Position numbers and translations under genes: made by a program | Shown here: piece by piece, positions 1 to 10,082 of the stretch | Numbering within the stretch: position 1 is the stretch's first letter | Layout of the letters: every line of letters starts with the position of its first letter | Source of the DNA: an uncultured Acidobacteriota bacterium | GTDB lineage: Bacteria > Acidobacteriota > UBA6911 | Length of the DNA: 64,000 nucleotides | Assembly: GCA_963843575.1 (NCBI GenBank) | Contig: CAWJKZ010000013.1 | Location: 672,001-736,000 of the forward strand | Direction: 5' to 3' | Notes under the pieces: model-generated | Databases searched by the model: none | What the model was told of the DNA's origin: nothing | The model's input: only the letters and a program-made list of their open reading frames with translations

Positions 1-1
1 G

Positions 2-553
2 GCGTTTGATCAGGAGCTTGGCAAGCTCAAGCCGCCCCCGGTTAATCCGGCTCTTCACCGTCCCCTCGGGGATGCTCAGCAACTCCGCGATCTCCTGGTA
101 AGCCATCCCCTCCAGGTCGCGGAGCACAATCGCCTCCTTCAGTTCGGGTGAAAGCGCCTGCAGCCCGTCGCGCAGGAATCGCGAGGCTTCAGACTGCTCC
201 GCGGCCCGGTGCGGATTCGGCACGTGGTCGTCGGGCAGGTTCAAGGTCTCCAGCTCCTCCGTCCCGCCGGACTGTTGAAAGCGGCGGGTCTGCCGGTAAT
301 GGTCGATGATCAGGTTGCGCCCGATCTTCAGGATCCAGCTCTGGAACGACCCGACATCCGAGCGGAAGCTCTTCAGATTTTGATAAACTCGAATGAAGAT
401 GTCCTGAGTCAAGTCTTCCGCCTCTTCTTTCCTGCTGGTATAGCGATAGCTGAGGTTGTAGACCCTGCGACCATACGAGTTCACGATACGCTCCCAGGCG
501 GCGTCGTCTCCTTGCAGACAGCGCTCTACAAGTTTCTCGTCGCCTGAGAGCAC
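2..553 (-). CDS. ECF (sigma-70 family, group 4) RNA polymerase sigma factor, 3' end cut off by the window edge
   Basis: Manual translation from GTG at 553: MLSGDEKLVERCLQGDDAAWERIV...AEDLTQDIFIRVYQNL (region 2)...IVLRDLEGMAYQEIAELLSIPEGTVKSRINRGR (region 4). GGAG RBS upstream. Not in the ORF track. Confidence 0.92.
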   Translation of the reverse strand, partial: MLSGDEKLVERCLQGDDAAWERIVNSYGRRVYNLSYRYTSRKEEAEDLTQDIFIRVYQNLKSFRSDVGSFQSWILKIGRNLIIDHYRQTRRFQQSGGTEELETLNLPDDHVPNPHRAAEQSEASRFLRDGLQALSPELKEAIVLRDLEGMAYQEIAELLSIPEGTVKSRINRGRLELAKLLIKR

Positions 554-703
554 TCTCTAACTCCTTGTCTCCAGCCCCGTTTCCCACTGCCAGAAACGGA
601 AGGGGGCGGGCCGAAGTTCAATAAATCTGATTTCCTGCGGCGGCGGCCGTTTCCCGAATCCCGGCCCATGTGCTTGGACGCCGGCCGACTTCCCTGATTT
701 TGC

Positions 704-730
704 AACTGTTGCAGGTTTTCCGCAACAGTT
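704..730. promoter_or_regulatory. Perfect 9-bp inverted repeat (AACTGTTGC-N9-GCAACAGTT) between the divergent ECF sigma gene and nrdR; candidate operator
   Basis: Dyad seen directly in an AT-richer intergenic region. Confidence 0.4.
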
Positions 731-904
731 ACGGCTGCACCGCTCCCACGGGCGTCTCCCCCGCTTCCCAAATGAGGCCTTGACCTTTCCCGGGAATTCC
801 TATTTAGTTCTCTAAGATCTTTGGAATCGCGGACTTGGGCGCTCCGTGGTCATCTGGGCGAACAACGGCAAGCGCCCTCCCGCCATTTCGTGCAGGATCG
901 CGCA

Positions 905-1363
905 ATGAAGTGCCCGTACTGTGGATACCTGAAAGACCGCGTGGTGGATTCCCGTGAGACCCGCGACGGCGACTCGATCCGCCGTCGTCGTCAATGCCTG
1001 AATTGCGCGCGCCGCTTCACCAGCTACGAGCGGATCGATGAAATCCCCTCCATGGTGATCAAGAAAGACGGGGGCCGGGAGAAGTTCGACCGGGGGAAGA
1101 TCCTCAACGGGCTCCTGAAGGCATGCGAAAAGCGACCGGTAAGCCTGACCCAGCTCGAGAAGATCGTCGACACGGTCGAGGCCCGCGTCCAGGAGAGCCC
1201 CGAACATGAGCTCGAGACGGTGGCGATCGGTAAGATCCTGTTGTCCGAGTTGCGGCGGCTCGACAAGGTCGCCTATCTGCGTTTCGCGTCCGTCTACCTC
1301 GAGTTCGAAGATGTCGGGGAATTCATGACGGAGATCAACGAACTATTTGAAAAAAAGCAGTAG
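905..1363 (+). CDS. nrdR: Transcriptional repressor NrdR
   Basis: MKCPYCG...[17 protein letters not shown] zinc ribbon, ATP-cone, [12 protein letters not shown]. Confidence 0.97.
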   Translation: MKCPYCGYLKDRVVDSRETRDGDSIRRRRQCLNCARRFTSYERIDEIPSMVIKKDGGREKFDRGKILNGLLKACEKRPVSLTQLEKIVDTVEARVQESPEHELETVAIGKILLSELRRLDKVAYLRFASVYLEFEDVGEFMTEINELFEKKQ

Positions 1364-1399
1364 CCGAGCATCCCCCAGATTTCTAGCTGGCTTCTACCT

Positions 1400-1834
1400 A
1401 TGTCCAGACCGAAAAAGAGATTTGTCCAGTCGCAGCGGGAACAGGTGCTCGATCTGCCGGGGGAGGCAGGGAAACTCCTGGCATTCGGCACATGGGTACC
1501 GAACGTCGACGTGTGCGAGACCCCCGACAACGTCTTCGCCCGCGTGGAGCTTCCGGGTGTCGATCCGTGCGACGTGTCCGTCGTGATTCAGAACGGCGTT
1601 TTGCGCATCGGCGGCGTCAAACGGGAGCCCGCCCTATCCGGGAACCTGGTCTGCTACTACTGTGTCGAGCGGCGATACGGCAAGTTCGAACGGGAAATCG
1701 CGCTGCGCTGCGTGGTGGACGTCAAGCGGGCCCGGGCCACGATGCGCGCCGGCATACTGACGGTGGAACTCCCCAGAATGGAGGAGCGGCGGGGCGCCGC
1801 GGTGCGCATCGAGGTTTTTGAAGCAGAGGATTGA
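1400..1834 (+). CDS. Hsp20/alpha-crystallin small heat shock protein
   Basis: PNVDVCET...VELPGV...ERRYGKFEREI...GILTVELP; upstream of lon. Confidence 0.9.
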   Translation: MSRPKKRFVQSQREQVLDLPGEAGKLLAFGTWVPNVDVCETPDNVFARVELPGVDPCDVSVVIQNGVLRIGGVKREPALSGNLVCYYCVERRYGKFEREIALRCVVDVKRARATMRAGILTVELPRMEERRGAAVRIEVFEAED

Positions 1835-1885
1835 AACTTTCTGCGGCCATTCCGAATCGAGTTCTATGGAAAGGTTTGGGTGCCC

Positions 1886-4261
1886 ATGTCGGTTGCGGAA
1901 TTGAAACGAAGCGAGCGCAAGACGGAAGAGGAGCCCCGGGAAGAGAAGGTGGAGATTCCCGAAACCTTGCCGGTGCTCCCGCTGCGGGATGTTGTTACAT
2001 TCCCGTATATGATCATCCCGCTCCTGATCTCGCACGACAAAGCGATCAGCGCGGTCGATCACGCCCTGGCCCAGAACCGCATGATTTTTCTCGCCGCCCA
2101 GCGGGATCAGGAGATCGAAAACCCCACATCCAAGGACATGTACGACGTCGGGACCGTCGGCATGGTGATCCGTATGCTGAAGATGCCGGACCAGAAGGTC
2201 CGTGTCCTGGTGCAGGGGATTGCCCGCGCCCACGCCGAGCGCTGGGAGGAGTCCCGGCCGTACATGCAGGCCAACATCGAACTGCTCGAGGAAGTCGCCC
2301 CCGAGATGACGAGTCTTCAGGTCGAAGCCCTCATCCGCAACGTGAACGCGGCGTTGGAGAAGGCCGCCTCGCTGGGCAAGAACATCTCGCAGGAAATGAT
2401 GGTCATCGCGGCCAGCCTCGAGGATCCCGGCAGGCTGGCCGATCTGACAGCCTCGAACGTCTCGCTCAAGGTGGACGAGGCTCAGGAAATACTGTCGATC
2501 CTCGATCCGTCCAGGAGGCTGCGACGCATCCACGAATTGCTGACCCGTGAAGTCGAATTGCTGACGGTGCAGCAGGAAATCAATTCCCAGGCCAAAGGCG
2601 AAATCGACAAGGGGCAGCGGGAGTACTACCTGAGGCAGCAGCTCAAGGCCATTCAGACGGAGCTCGGCGAGGGGAACGATTTCGCGGAGGACATCCAGCG
2701 TTACATCCGCAAGGCCGACGAGATCAAGATGCCGCGTGAGGCGCGCGAGGAGTTCGACCGGCAGGTGCGCCGGCTCGAGCGGATGCACCCCGACTCCTCG
2801 GAAACGGCGACGCTGCGCACCTACCTGGACTGGATGGTGTCGCTCCCCTGGACCGCCGAGACTAAGGACAACCTCGACCTGCGCAAGGCACGCAAGATTC
2901 TCAACGAGGATCATTATGGGCTCGAGAAGATCAAGGGTCGCATCCTCGAACACCTGGCGGTCCGGAAACTGAAACAGGACAGCAAGGGGCCAATCCTCTG
3001 TTTTGTGGGCCCGCCCGGGACCGGCAAGACTTCCCTCGGCAAGTCTATTGCCCGGGCGCTCGGACGACGTTTCGTGCGTGTCAGCCTCGGGGGTGTGCAC
3101 GATGAGGCCGAAATCCGCGGGCACCGGCGCACCTATGTCGGGGCCATGCCGGGACGCGTCATCCAGGGGCTGCAGCAGGCTTCGTCGAACAACCCGGTGT
3201 TCATCCTCGACGAGGTCGACAAGATCGGCGCCGATTTCCGCGGCGACCCCTCGTCGGCGCTGCTCGAAGTGCTCGACCCCGAACAGAACAACACTTTCCG
3301 CGACAATTATCTGCAGGTCCCGTTCGACCTGTCGCGCGTCCTTTTCCTCACGACTGCGAACGTGCTCGACACGATTCAGCCGGCCTTCCGGGACCGGATG
3401 GAGGTGATTCGGCTGTCCGGCTACACGGAGGAGGAAAAAATCCAGATCGCGCGGCGGCATCTCATCCCCAAGCAGCTCGAGGCTCACGGCCTCAAAGAGG
3501 CCGACCTCACCATCCCGGATGAAGTCGTGCGGGCCATCATCCGCGGCTACACCAGCGAGGCCGGGTTGCGCAACCTGGAACGCGAGATCGCGGCGATCTG
3601 CCGAAGGGTGGCTATGCGTTTCGCAATGGGGAGACGGAGGCCGGTGGTCGTGAACAAGGCCCGTCTCTCGCAGCTGCTCGGGCCGGCGCGCAAGCTGCAG
3701 GAGGAGCAGCTCACCCGCGACCAGGTCGGCGTCGCCACCGGGCTTGCCTGGACCCCCGTCGGGGGCGAGATCCTGTTTGTCGAGGCGCAGGCCATGCAGG
3801 GCAAAGGAGCGCTCATCCTGACCGGCCAGATGGGTGACGTCATGAAGGAGTCGGCCCAGGCCGCGCTCAGCTATGCGCGGGCCCATGCCGGGCAGTATGG
3901 CATCAGCACGGATTTCTTCGGCTCGCACGACTTCCACATCCACATCCCCGAGGGGGCGATCCCGAAAGACGGCCCGTCGGCCGGGGTGACGCTCGCATCG
4001 GCGCTGATTTCCGCGTGCACGGGGCGCCCGATCCACCGGAGCATCGCGATGACCGGAGAAATCACGCTCCGCGGGGAGGTGCTGCCGGTCGGCGGCATCA
4101 AGGAAAAGGTCCTGGCGGCCCACCGCAACCAGTTGCGGACCGTGATGCTGCCTCGCCCCAACCAGAAGGACCTTCGCGAGATCCCCCGCGACCTGCGACG
4201 CGAGATGAAGGTAATACTGGTCGACAAGGTCAACGACGTCCTGAAGCGCGCCCTTGTGTGA
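1886..4261 (+). CDS. lon: ATP-dependent protease La
   Basis: LPVLPLRD N-domain, GPPGTGKT Walker [22 protein letters not shown] catalytic Ser, GGIKEK. Confidence 0.98.
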   Translation: MSVAELKRSERKTEEEPREEKVEIPETLPVLPLRDVVTFPYMIIPLLISHDKAISAVDHALAQNRMIFLAAQRDQEIENPTSKDMYDVGTVGMVIRMLKMPDQKVRVLVQGIARAHAERWEESRPYMQANIELLEEVAPEMTSLQVEALIRNVNAALEKAASLGKNISQEMMVIAASLEDPGRLADLTASNVSLKVDEAQEILSILDPSRRLRRIHELLTREVELLTVQQEINSQAKGEIDKGQREYYLRQQLKAIQTELGEGNDFAEDIQRYIRKADEIKMPREAREEFDRQVRRLERMHPDSSETATLRTYLDWMVSLPWTAETKDNLDLRKARKILNEDHYGLEKIKGRILEHLAVRKLKQDSKGPILCFVGPPGTGKTSLGKSIARALGRRFVRVSLGGVHDEAEIRGHRRTYVGAMPGRVIQGLQQASSNNPVFILDEVDKIGADFRGDPSSALLEVLDPEQNNTFRDNYLQVPFDLSRVLFLTTANVLDTIQPAFRDRMEVIRLSGYTEEEKIQIARRHLIPKQLEAHGLKEADLTIPDEVVRAIIRGYTSEAGLRNLEREIAAICRRVAMRFAMGRRRPVVVNKARLSQLLGPARKLQEEQLTRDQVGVATGLAWTPVGGEILFVEAQAMQGKGALILTGQMGDVMKESAQAALSYARAHAGQYGISTDFFGSHDFHIHIPEGAIPKDGPSAGVTLASALISACTGRPIHRSIAMTGEITLRGEVLPVGGIKEKVLAAHRNQLRTVMLPRPNQKDLREIPRDLRREMKVILVDKVNDVLKRALV

Positions 4262-4286
4262 GCGCGCGCCCGGTTGAAGAGGGTGC

Positions 4287-4408
4287 CGGTCAGCCGGACT
4301 GGGGACCACCCCAAAGCAACTTGTCACGGAAGATACGGAAAAAAGCCGTAGGACACGGAAGGCCTACCGAGTTCTCGGGGCCTTCATAGGCGAGCTTCTG
4401 ACTGACCG
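4287..4408 (+). other. Candidate structured RNA or repeat element between lon and thiL
   Basis: Closing stem 4287-4298/4397-4408 encloses three hairpins; three YACGGAA motifs. Confidence 0.3.
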
Positions 4409-4456
4409 CTGAGCTTCGAGGACGCAGCCGATTCGCGTCGAGCCGCCGCACTCCAC

Positions 4457-5485
4457 ATGGATAACGAAGACGACATCGTACGCTCGCTGGCCGCTCGGTT
4501 CCGCAAACGCTCCCCCGGCGTGCGCCTGGGTATCGGGGACGACGCCGCCGTCGTGCGGCTGAAGGGTTCGGCCGAGGACCTCGTCGTCACCACCGACATG
4601 CTCGTGGAGGATGTCGATTTCCGCCGCGCCTGGATGCGCCCCGGGCAGCTCGGCCACAAGTCGCTGGCGGTAAACTTGAGCGATCTCGCCGCAATGGGGG
4701 CACGGCCGCGGTTCTATCTGGTCGCGCTCGCGCTGCCGCGCGGTGTCGGGGACAGCTGGATTCGCGCGTTTTATGCGGGTATGAAGAGACTGGGGGACGC
4801 GACCGGGGCGGAGTTGCTCGGGGGTGACCTCTCCGGCTCTCCGTCGGGGCTCCAGATCACGATAACCGTCCTGGGCGCGACCCGTGGTCGCAGGTACCTG
4901 GCCCGCTCCGGCGGCCGGCCGGGCGAGCCGATCTTCGTGACCGGAACGCTGGGCAGGGCGGCCGCGGGGCTGAAGCTCCTACAGCAAGGCACCCTCAAGG
5001 GAAGAAGCAGGGCCGAACGCGAGGCGCTGGCCGCGCACCGCACTCCGTCACCGAGGTGCGATGCCGGCCAGTGGCTCGCGGCCAGCGGGCTGGTGTCGAG
5101 CATGATGGACCTCAGCGACGGGCTGTCGGCCGACCTGCCGAGGCTCTGCGCCGCCTCCGGCACCGGAGCGGTGGTCGAGGCGGGCAGTCTGCCGCTGTTT
5201 TCGCAATCGCGGCGCTGGGGGTGCGACCCGCTCGCGCTCGCGCTGCACGGCGGCGAGGACTTCGAACTGCTCTTCACGGTCCCGACCGCCAAGGTCGAAC
5301 GTCTGCAGAAAACCTACCCGGCTGGGTTCCCCACGCCGACCGCCGTGGGCCGGCTGGTCGCCGGCCACAAGGTAGAGTGGATGACTCAGGCCGGCCGGAA
5401 ACCCGAAACGCTCCCTAACCTGGGATTCGATCACTTCAGAATTCCGCCCGAGTCGTCGAACCCTTCCGGCCCAAGCCTCGTCTGA
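4457..5485 (+). CDS. thiL: Thiamine-monophosphate kinase
   Basis: GIGDDAAV, TTDMLVEDVDF, AVNLSDLAAMGA, LLGGD, MDLSDGL, HGGEDFELLFT. Confidence 0.96.
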   Translation: MDNEDDIVRSLAARFRKRSPGVRLGIGDDAAVVRLKGSAEDLVVTTDMLVEDVDFRRAWMRPGQLGHKSLAVNLSDLAAMGARPRFYLVALALPRGVGDSWIRAFYAGMKRLGDATGAELLGGDLSGSPSGLQITITVLGATRGRRYLARSGGRPGEPIFVTGTLGRAAAGLKLLQQGTLKGRSRAEREALAAHRTPSPRCDAGQWLAASGLVSSMMDLSDGLSADLPRLCAASGTGAVVEAGSLPLFSQSRRWGCDPLALALHGGEDFELLFTVPTAKVERLQKTYPAGFPTPTAVGRLVAGHKVEWMTQAGRKPETLPNLGFDHFRIPPESSNPSGPSLV

Positions 5486-5570
5486 AATTCATCTGAGGAG
5501 CCGGTGCAGTTGCCGCCGATAAGGTGTTATCATGGATACTGCATTGCGCGGGTTCGCGGCGAGACTTAAG

Positions 5571-5716
5571 GCCGGGGACCGGCTTGACCTAAAATGTGAT
5601 GTACCGAGTGGCGGAGAAGATTGCTTCACCCGTGAACGATTTTCCATCCTGTCTTCTTCCCTGATTCGCCCAATCCCAGGTGGTTTGAGGTCGAGACATC
5701 ACGAGTTTGTCCCGGT
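5571..5716 (+). ncRNA. Candidate structured leader or ncRNA upstream of the DUF2062 gene
   Basis: Several long-range complementary segments (see findings); extended -10 TGtTATCAT just upstream near 5525. Confidence 0.3.
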
Positions 5717-5725
5717 GTCTTTTTT

Positions 5726-6199
5726 ATGGCGCGTAACCGGATGCTGAGATTCCTGAGCCGTCTGCTTAACCTGAACGACACGCCCCAGCGCATCGCGTTG
5801 GCATTCGCCATCGGCGTGTTTCTCGCTTTCACGCCACTGCTCGGCCTGCACACCTTCCTCGGGCTCACCCTGGCTTTTCTTTTTGGCCTGAACCGGGTCG
5901 CCGTGTTGATCGGCCTGTTCGTGAACAACCCGTGGACCCTGCTGCCGATCTACGGCGCCGCCGTTTACGTTGGCGGCCTGCTGGTCGGCTTCCCGGCGGC
6001 ATCAGCCCTGCCCGATTTCGGTTGGCAGCAGGTCTGGCACGCAAGTTTCTGGTTGCGGCTCGTCCGCGACTGGAGGGTCCTCAAACCCCTCGTTCTCGGC
6101 TCTGTGGTGCTTTCGCTTGCGGCCTCGGTGCTTTCGTATATGCTGGCCCTGGTTCTCATCCAGAAGAGGAAGGCCCGGAAAGCGCGACACGGCGCCTGA
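5726..6199 (+). CDS. DUF2062 family membrane protein
   Basis: DTPQRIALAFAIGVFLAFTPLLGLHT...NNPWTLLPIY pattern typical of DUF2062. Confidence 0.85.
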   Translation: MARNRMLRFLSRLLNLNDTPQRIALAFAIGVFLAFTPLLGLHTFLGLTLAFLFGLNRVAVLIGLFVNNPWTLLPIYGAAVYVGGLLVGFPAASALPDFGWQQVWHASFWLRLVRDWRVLKPLVLGSVVLSLAASVLSYMLALVLIQKRKARKARHGA

Positions 6200-6269
6200 G
6201 ATTCGCCCGTTCTTGCACAAACACCTGCCTGTCGGTAAGAATCGTCCTCGAGTGCTGTGGAGACTACCC

Positions 6270-7793
6270 ATGAAGGTCCCGTTCCGTTTGACCGTCCTCG
6301 GGGTTGCCCTGATGTGCGCGGCGGTCCCCCCCGCCCCGGCGCAGTTGATCGTCGAGGACATCGTCAACGTGCGCTTTCAACCCGATGTCCGGGTGTTTGC
6401 GGTCATGGCCGCGCTGAACGCGGCCGGCTTCGACACCGACGCCGGTGCGAACGAGCTGGCCGAAAACCCCACGCGGCGACTCGTGCGCGAACACCTGGCC
6501 GCGATCCCGCAGGAACTGCGGGTTCGTCTGCGCGACTTCTATGCCGCCGCGGCGGGTGAGACGGAGCCCGTGCTCCGGCAAGGCCGGTTCATCTCCTATG
6601 CCCTTCTCCTGAACGGCCCGCCCTCGTTCAGGCTGCCGTTCAAGGCCGAAGAAGTCCCGGAGGAAGCGCGGGCCGCGATCGGATTCGAAAAGCTCGTCGC
6701 CGAACTCTGGCGCCAGGCGGGGCTGGCGACGGTGTGGAGCAAGGTGACGCCACAATACGTCGCCGAGATCGAATCCTACCGGCCGATCATCCGGGACATG
6801 ATCGTCGGGGTCCTTCGCTATGCGCGCACCGAGGCGCGCATAGCGCTTGACCGGGAAGTCACCTTCATCCCGGATCTGCTCAACGCCTATGGCGTGGTCA
6901 ACGGGCGCAACATCTCGAGCACCTATGTCGTCGTGGTCGGCCCGAGCCGTGCCCGCGAGGTGCCGCTGCGCTCCGTGCGGCACGAGTACCTTCATTTTCT
7001 CCTCGACCCGCTCGTCGCCAAATACTGGAGCCGCGTCCCGGACCCGGCCCCCTTTCTGGCGCGGGTGGGGGAGCTCCCCGCGGCCTGGCCGCGCTACCGC
7101 TCTGACTTCAACATGGTGCTGACCGAATCGCTGATTCGCGCGCTCGAACTGCGGCTCGCGGCGGATGCGGGCAACGAGGCGACAGCCCGGCTCGTGGAAC
7201 TGTACGACCAGGGGCTGATTCTGGCGCCCAATTTCTACGAGGCGTTCGGCCGGTTCGAGACGCGCTCGGAACCCCTGAATGCCTGTTTCCCGGAGCTGAT
7301 TGCCGGGTTGACCTGGGAACGTGAAGCGGGTCGGGCGGAGTCCGTGGCGCACCTGCGCGCGGAGGCCGCCGCGCGCAGCGCTCGCGCAACCCTCCCCGCG
7401 CCGGACGAAGATCCTGCCCGCAAGGAGATCCGCGCGCTCCTCGTCGAAGGGAACCGCCTGCTGCAGGCGCGCTCCTTCGAACGGGCGGCCGAAGTGCTCC
7501 AGAGGGCGCTCGGCCTCGATCCGGGCAATGCCGCCGTCCTGTTCGGACTCGGCCAGGCCTCCATGCAACTCCAGGATTTCGAACACGCCCTCGATTACTA
7601 CAGCAAGGCTGCAGCCGCGGCCAGCCCGGGTGAAGCCTGGGTCGCCGCCTGGTCCTACGTGTACCGCGGCAACGTCTTCCGGTTCCTCGACGAGCCTGAA
7701 AAAGCGAAGGTGGAGTGGAATCGGGCCCTGCAGCTGGCAGGGGACCTGCGCGGCGCTGCCGACGCGGCCACCAAGGCGCTCGCTTCGAGATGA
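6270..7793 (+). CDS. Exported protein with an HEXXH zincin-like domain and C-terminal TPR repeats
   Basis: Signal peptide MKVPFRLTVLGVALMCAAVPPAPA; VRHEYLH motif; TPR repeats (LGLDPGNAAVLFGLGQ); GGAG RBS. Confidence 0.75.
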   Translation: MKVPFRLTVLGVALMCAAVPPAPAQLIVEDIVNVRFQPDVRVFAVMAALNAAGFDTDAGANELAENPTRRLVREHLAAIPQELRVRLRDFYAAAAGETEPVLRQGRFISYALLLNGPPSFRLPFKAEEVPEEARAAIGFEKLVAELWRQAGLATVWSKVTPQYVAEIESYRPIIRDMIVGVLRYARTEARIALDREVTFIPDLLNAYGVVNGRNISSTYVVVVGPSRAREVPLRSVRHEYLHFLLDPLVAKYWSRVPDPAPFLARVGELPAAWPRYRSDFNMVLTESLIRALELRLAADAGNEATARLVELYDQGLILAPNFYEAFGRFETRSEPLNACFPELIAGLTWEREAGRAESVAHLRAEAAARSARATLPAPDEDPARKEIRALLVEGNRLLQARSFERAAEVLQRALGLDPGNAAVLFGLGQASMQLQDFEHALDYYSKAAAAASPGEAWVAAWSYVYRGNVFRFLDEPEKAKVEWNRALQLAGDLRGAADAATKALASR

Positions 7794-7855
7794 CGCGCGA
7801 AGTTTCCCAAAACGCCGTGCCCCGGGATACAATGCTCCTGCACGGCGAGGTTCAC

Positions 7856-8578
7856 ATGACCGGAACGCCCGACGTCGATCCATCAGCCGGAGCGATTGCC
7901 GAACTGGAGTCTCTGCTCAGGTATGTGTTCCGGGGCCGCAACCTGCTGCTGACTGCTCTCACACACCGTTCCTATGTCAACGAACACGAGGGCGAGGGAC
8001 TGCATCACAACGAATCGCTCGAATTCCTGGGCGACTCGGTTCTAGGATTCCTCGTCAGCTCCCGCATCTATGCCCGATTCCCCGGCCTCACCGAGGGCGG
8101 GTTGAGCAAGATCAAGGCTTACCTCGTCAGCGCGGCCAGTCTGGTCGGCCTGGCCGAGAAGATCCGGCTGGGTGACTACCTGCGGCTGAGCCACGGCGAG
8201 GAGAAGACCGGCGGGCGCCGGAAGAAGGCGATCCTGGCCGATGCTTACGAGGCGCTCATCGCGGCGATCTTCCTCGATGGCGGCATCGACGCCTGCGCCA
8301 GGGTGTTCGAAGCGCAGATGGCCGACACGCTCGAGCACCTGGACTTGAGCCAGTTCACGTACGGCGATTTCAAGTCCGCCCTGCAGGAGCAGCTGCACGA
8401 ACTCGGCCGGTCGGAACCCGGCTACCGCGTCGTCGACGAGATCGGCCCGGACCACCGCAAGGTTTTTGTCGTGCAGGTTGTCGTCGACGGGCAAATGATC
8501 TCCGAGGGAACCGGCCGGACCAAGAAGGAAGCCCAGCAGGAGGCCGCGCGCGTAGCCCTCGACAGTCTCAGGAAATGA
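7856..8578 (+). CDS. rnc: Ribonuclease III
   Basis: ALTHRS, NESLEFLGDSVL signature, ADAYEALIAAIFLD, dsRBD DFKSALQE...KKEAQQEAA. Confidence 0.97.
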   Translation: MTGTPDVDPSAGAIAELESLLRYVFRGRNLLLTALTHRSYVNEHEGEGLHHNESLEFLGDSVLGFLVSSRIYARFPGLTEGGLSKIKAYLVSAASLVGLAEKIRLGDYLRLSHGEEKTGGRRKKAILADAYEALIAAIFLDGGIDACARVFEAQMADTLEHLDLSQFTYGDFKSALQEQLHELGRSEPGYRVVDEIGPDHRKVFVVQVVVDGQMISEGTGRTKKEAQQEAARVALDSLRK

Positions 8579-8609
8579 GACGCTGCAGGCCGCGACTCGA
8601 GGGCACGAC

Positions 8610-10037
8610 TCATTTCAGCTCCGACAGGCGGCGCAGGGCTTCGGCGTTGCGGGGATCCCAGCGCAACACCTGCATATACTGCGCCTCGGCCCTCCGCGGC
8701 AGCTGCACTTTGACGTACAGCATGCCCAGCGCAAGCCGGACTTCGATGTTCATCGGGTCCAGCTCGATGGCCTTCAGCAGGTTCTGCTCCGCCTCCTTCC
8801 TGTGTTTTTTGAGTTGGGACTGGGCCACGCCGAGGAGAAGCCGGTATCTCGCCACGTCGGGCCTCAGGAAGACACACTCGCCCAACGTCGCCGCCGCCTT
8901 TTCGTAATCCTTGTCCAGGAGAGCGTCCTGGCCGACGCGGCACAGCGCGCGCGCAGTCTTGTCCTTGTCGAGATCTACGCCGGAGCGCGCCTGCAGCGCT
9001 ACTTCCACCTGGCTGTCCTTCGTCCGTCTCTGCTCGTCGTATACAGCCCGGGATGCGGGTTCGCTCAGGGTCCTGTAGGCTGCGGTGACGTACGTAAACA
9101 CCCTCTCCGCGGCTTGGCGCAACGCCGGGCTGAAGCGGTCGGACTGAAACAAGTCCGGGTGGTATTGCTTCGCGAGCCCGTGGTAGGCGGTCTTTATGTC
9201 CTCGTCGGCGGCGTCGGTGGCGACCGAGAGAATCTCGTAGTGGTTGGCCACCTCAAAACGACGCTCGAGCTCCTCGAGTTTCTGCGCGGCCTCGCACGCC
9301 TCGTTCTCCCGCACCACCTCCCGGTCGACGCGCGCACCCTCGGCCTCGATATTCAGGAACCCGAGCAGGACCAGCCTCATCAGGATCTCGCAGGGCGGAG
9401 GCTCCCCCTCAGGCAGCAACTGAAGAAATTCCCCAACCCGGATCGGGCGCTGCGCGAGCGAGCATCCGTAGGCCTCGGCGGGCTCCAGCGGCAGCTCGGA
9501 CAACAGCAGCCTGCTCCCCTCCACCAGCGAAACCACTCCCGACGCGGGCGGGGTCGCGCGCCGCCGCGCAGCTGCGCTCCGGACCGCCAAGGCGAGCAGG
9601 GCCGGTACGGGCATTTCCAAGTCGAAGTCGCGCCGGATGAGGTCCTCGCAGCCGAAATACCGGACCGTGACCTCCTCCCGCTCGAACGCCGATGCGACGA
9701 CCGCGACCGCCTGATGTCGTGCGGCCTGGCGCAAGGCTTCCGGGCTGACCTCACCACCGGCGAGTATCGCTTCGTCCGCGCTCCTGCCGGACTTCATCCG
9801 GTCCGCGATGATCGGGACTGCCGCCCTCGGCAGCAGGTTCGATTTCACCAGAAGATGCACGAGGTGCTCTTCCGGCTGGTTGCTTTCGACGAAGGCCACG
9901 TGCCCGGAGCGCAGGACCAGCTGCTTCTTCACTTTTCCCCACTCCGTCCGGACGATCCCGCCCCCGGCGGTCTCGTGGAGTTGCAGGAGGGTGTGGTTCA
10001 GCTTGACAATGCCGTTCGTGGACACATTTTTCCCCAC
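8610..10037 (-). CDS. DUF4388-like / DnaJ-domain / TPR protein
   Basis: J-domain NHYEILSV...KQYHPD; N-terminal GYF/DUF4388-like region; C-terminal TPRs. Confidence 0.8.
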   Translation of the reverse strand: MGKNVSTNGIVKLNHTLLQLHETAGGGIVRTEWGKVKKQLVLRSGHVAFVESNQPEEHLVHLLVKSNLLPRAAVPIIADRMKSGRSADEAILAGGEVSPEALRQAARHQAVAVVASAFEREEVTVRYFGCEDLIRRDFDLEMPVPALLALAVRSAAARRRATPPASGVVSLVEGSRLLLSELPLEPAEAYGCSLAQRPIRVGEFLQLLPEGEPPPCEILMRLVLLGFLNIEAEGARVDREVVRENEACEAAQKLEELERRFEVANHYEILSVATDAADEDIKTAYHGLAKQYHPDLFQSDRFSPALRQAAERVFTYVTAAYRTLSEPASRAVYDEQRRTKDSQVEVALQARSGVDLDKDKTARALCRVGQDALLDKDYEKAAATLGECVFLRPDVARYRLLLGVAQSQLKKHRKEAEQNLLKAIELDPMNIEVRLALGMLYVKVQLPRRAEAQYMQVLRWDPRNAEALRRLSELK

Positions 10038-10082
10038 CCGGACATATCGGCCGTGAAGAGCCCGAACTGAAAGGAAGTCACA

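Noticed and set aside
1634-4327. Long antisense ORFs (897 aa opposite lon, and similar ones elsewhere)
   Set aside because: Stop-poor antisense frames are expected opposite real genes in high-GC DNA, and they show no recognisable motifs.
4262-4456. TPP riboswitch upstream of thiL
   Set aside because: The conserved CUGAGA and CCUGAU...GGGA elements are not in a TPP arrangement.
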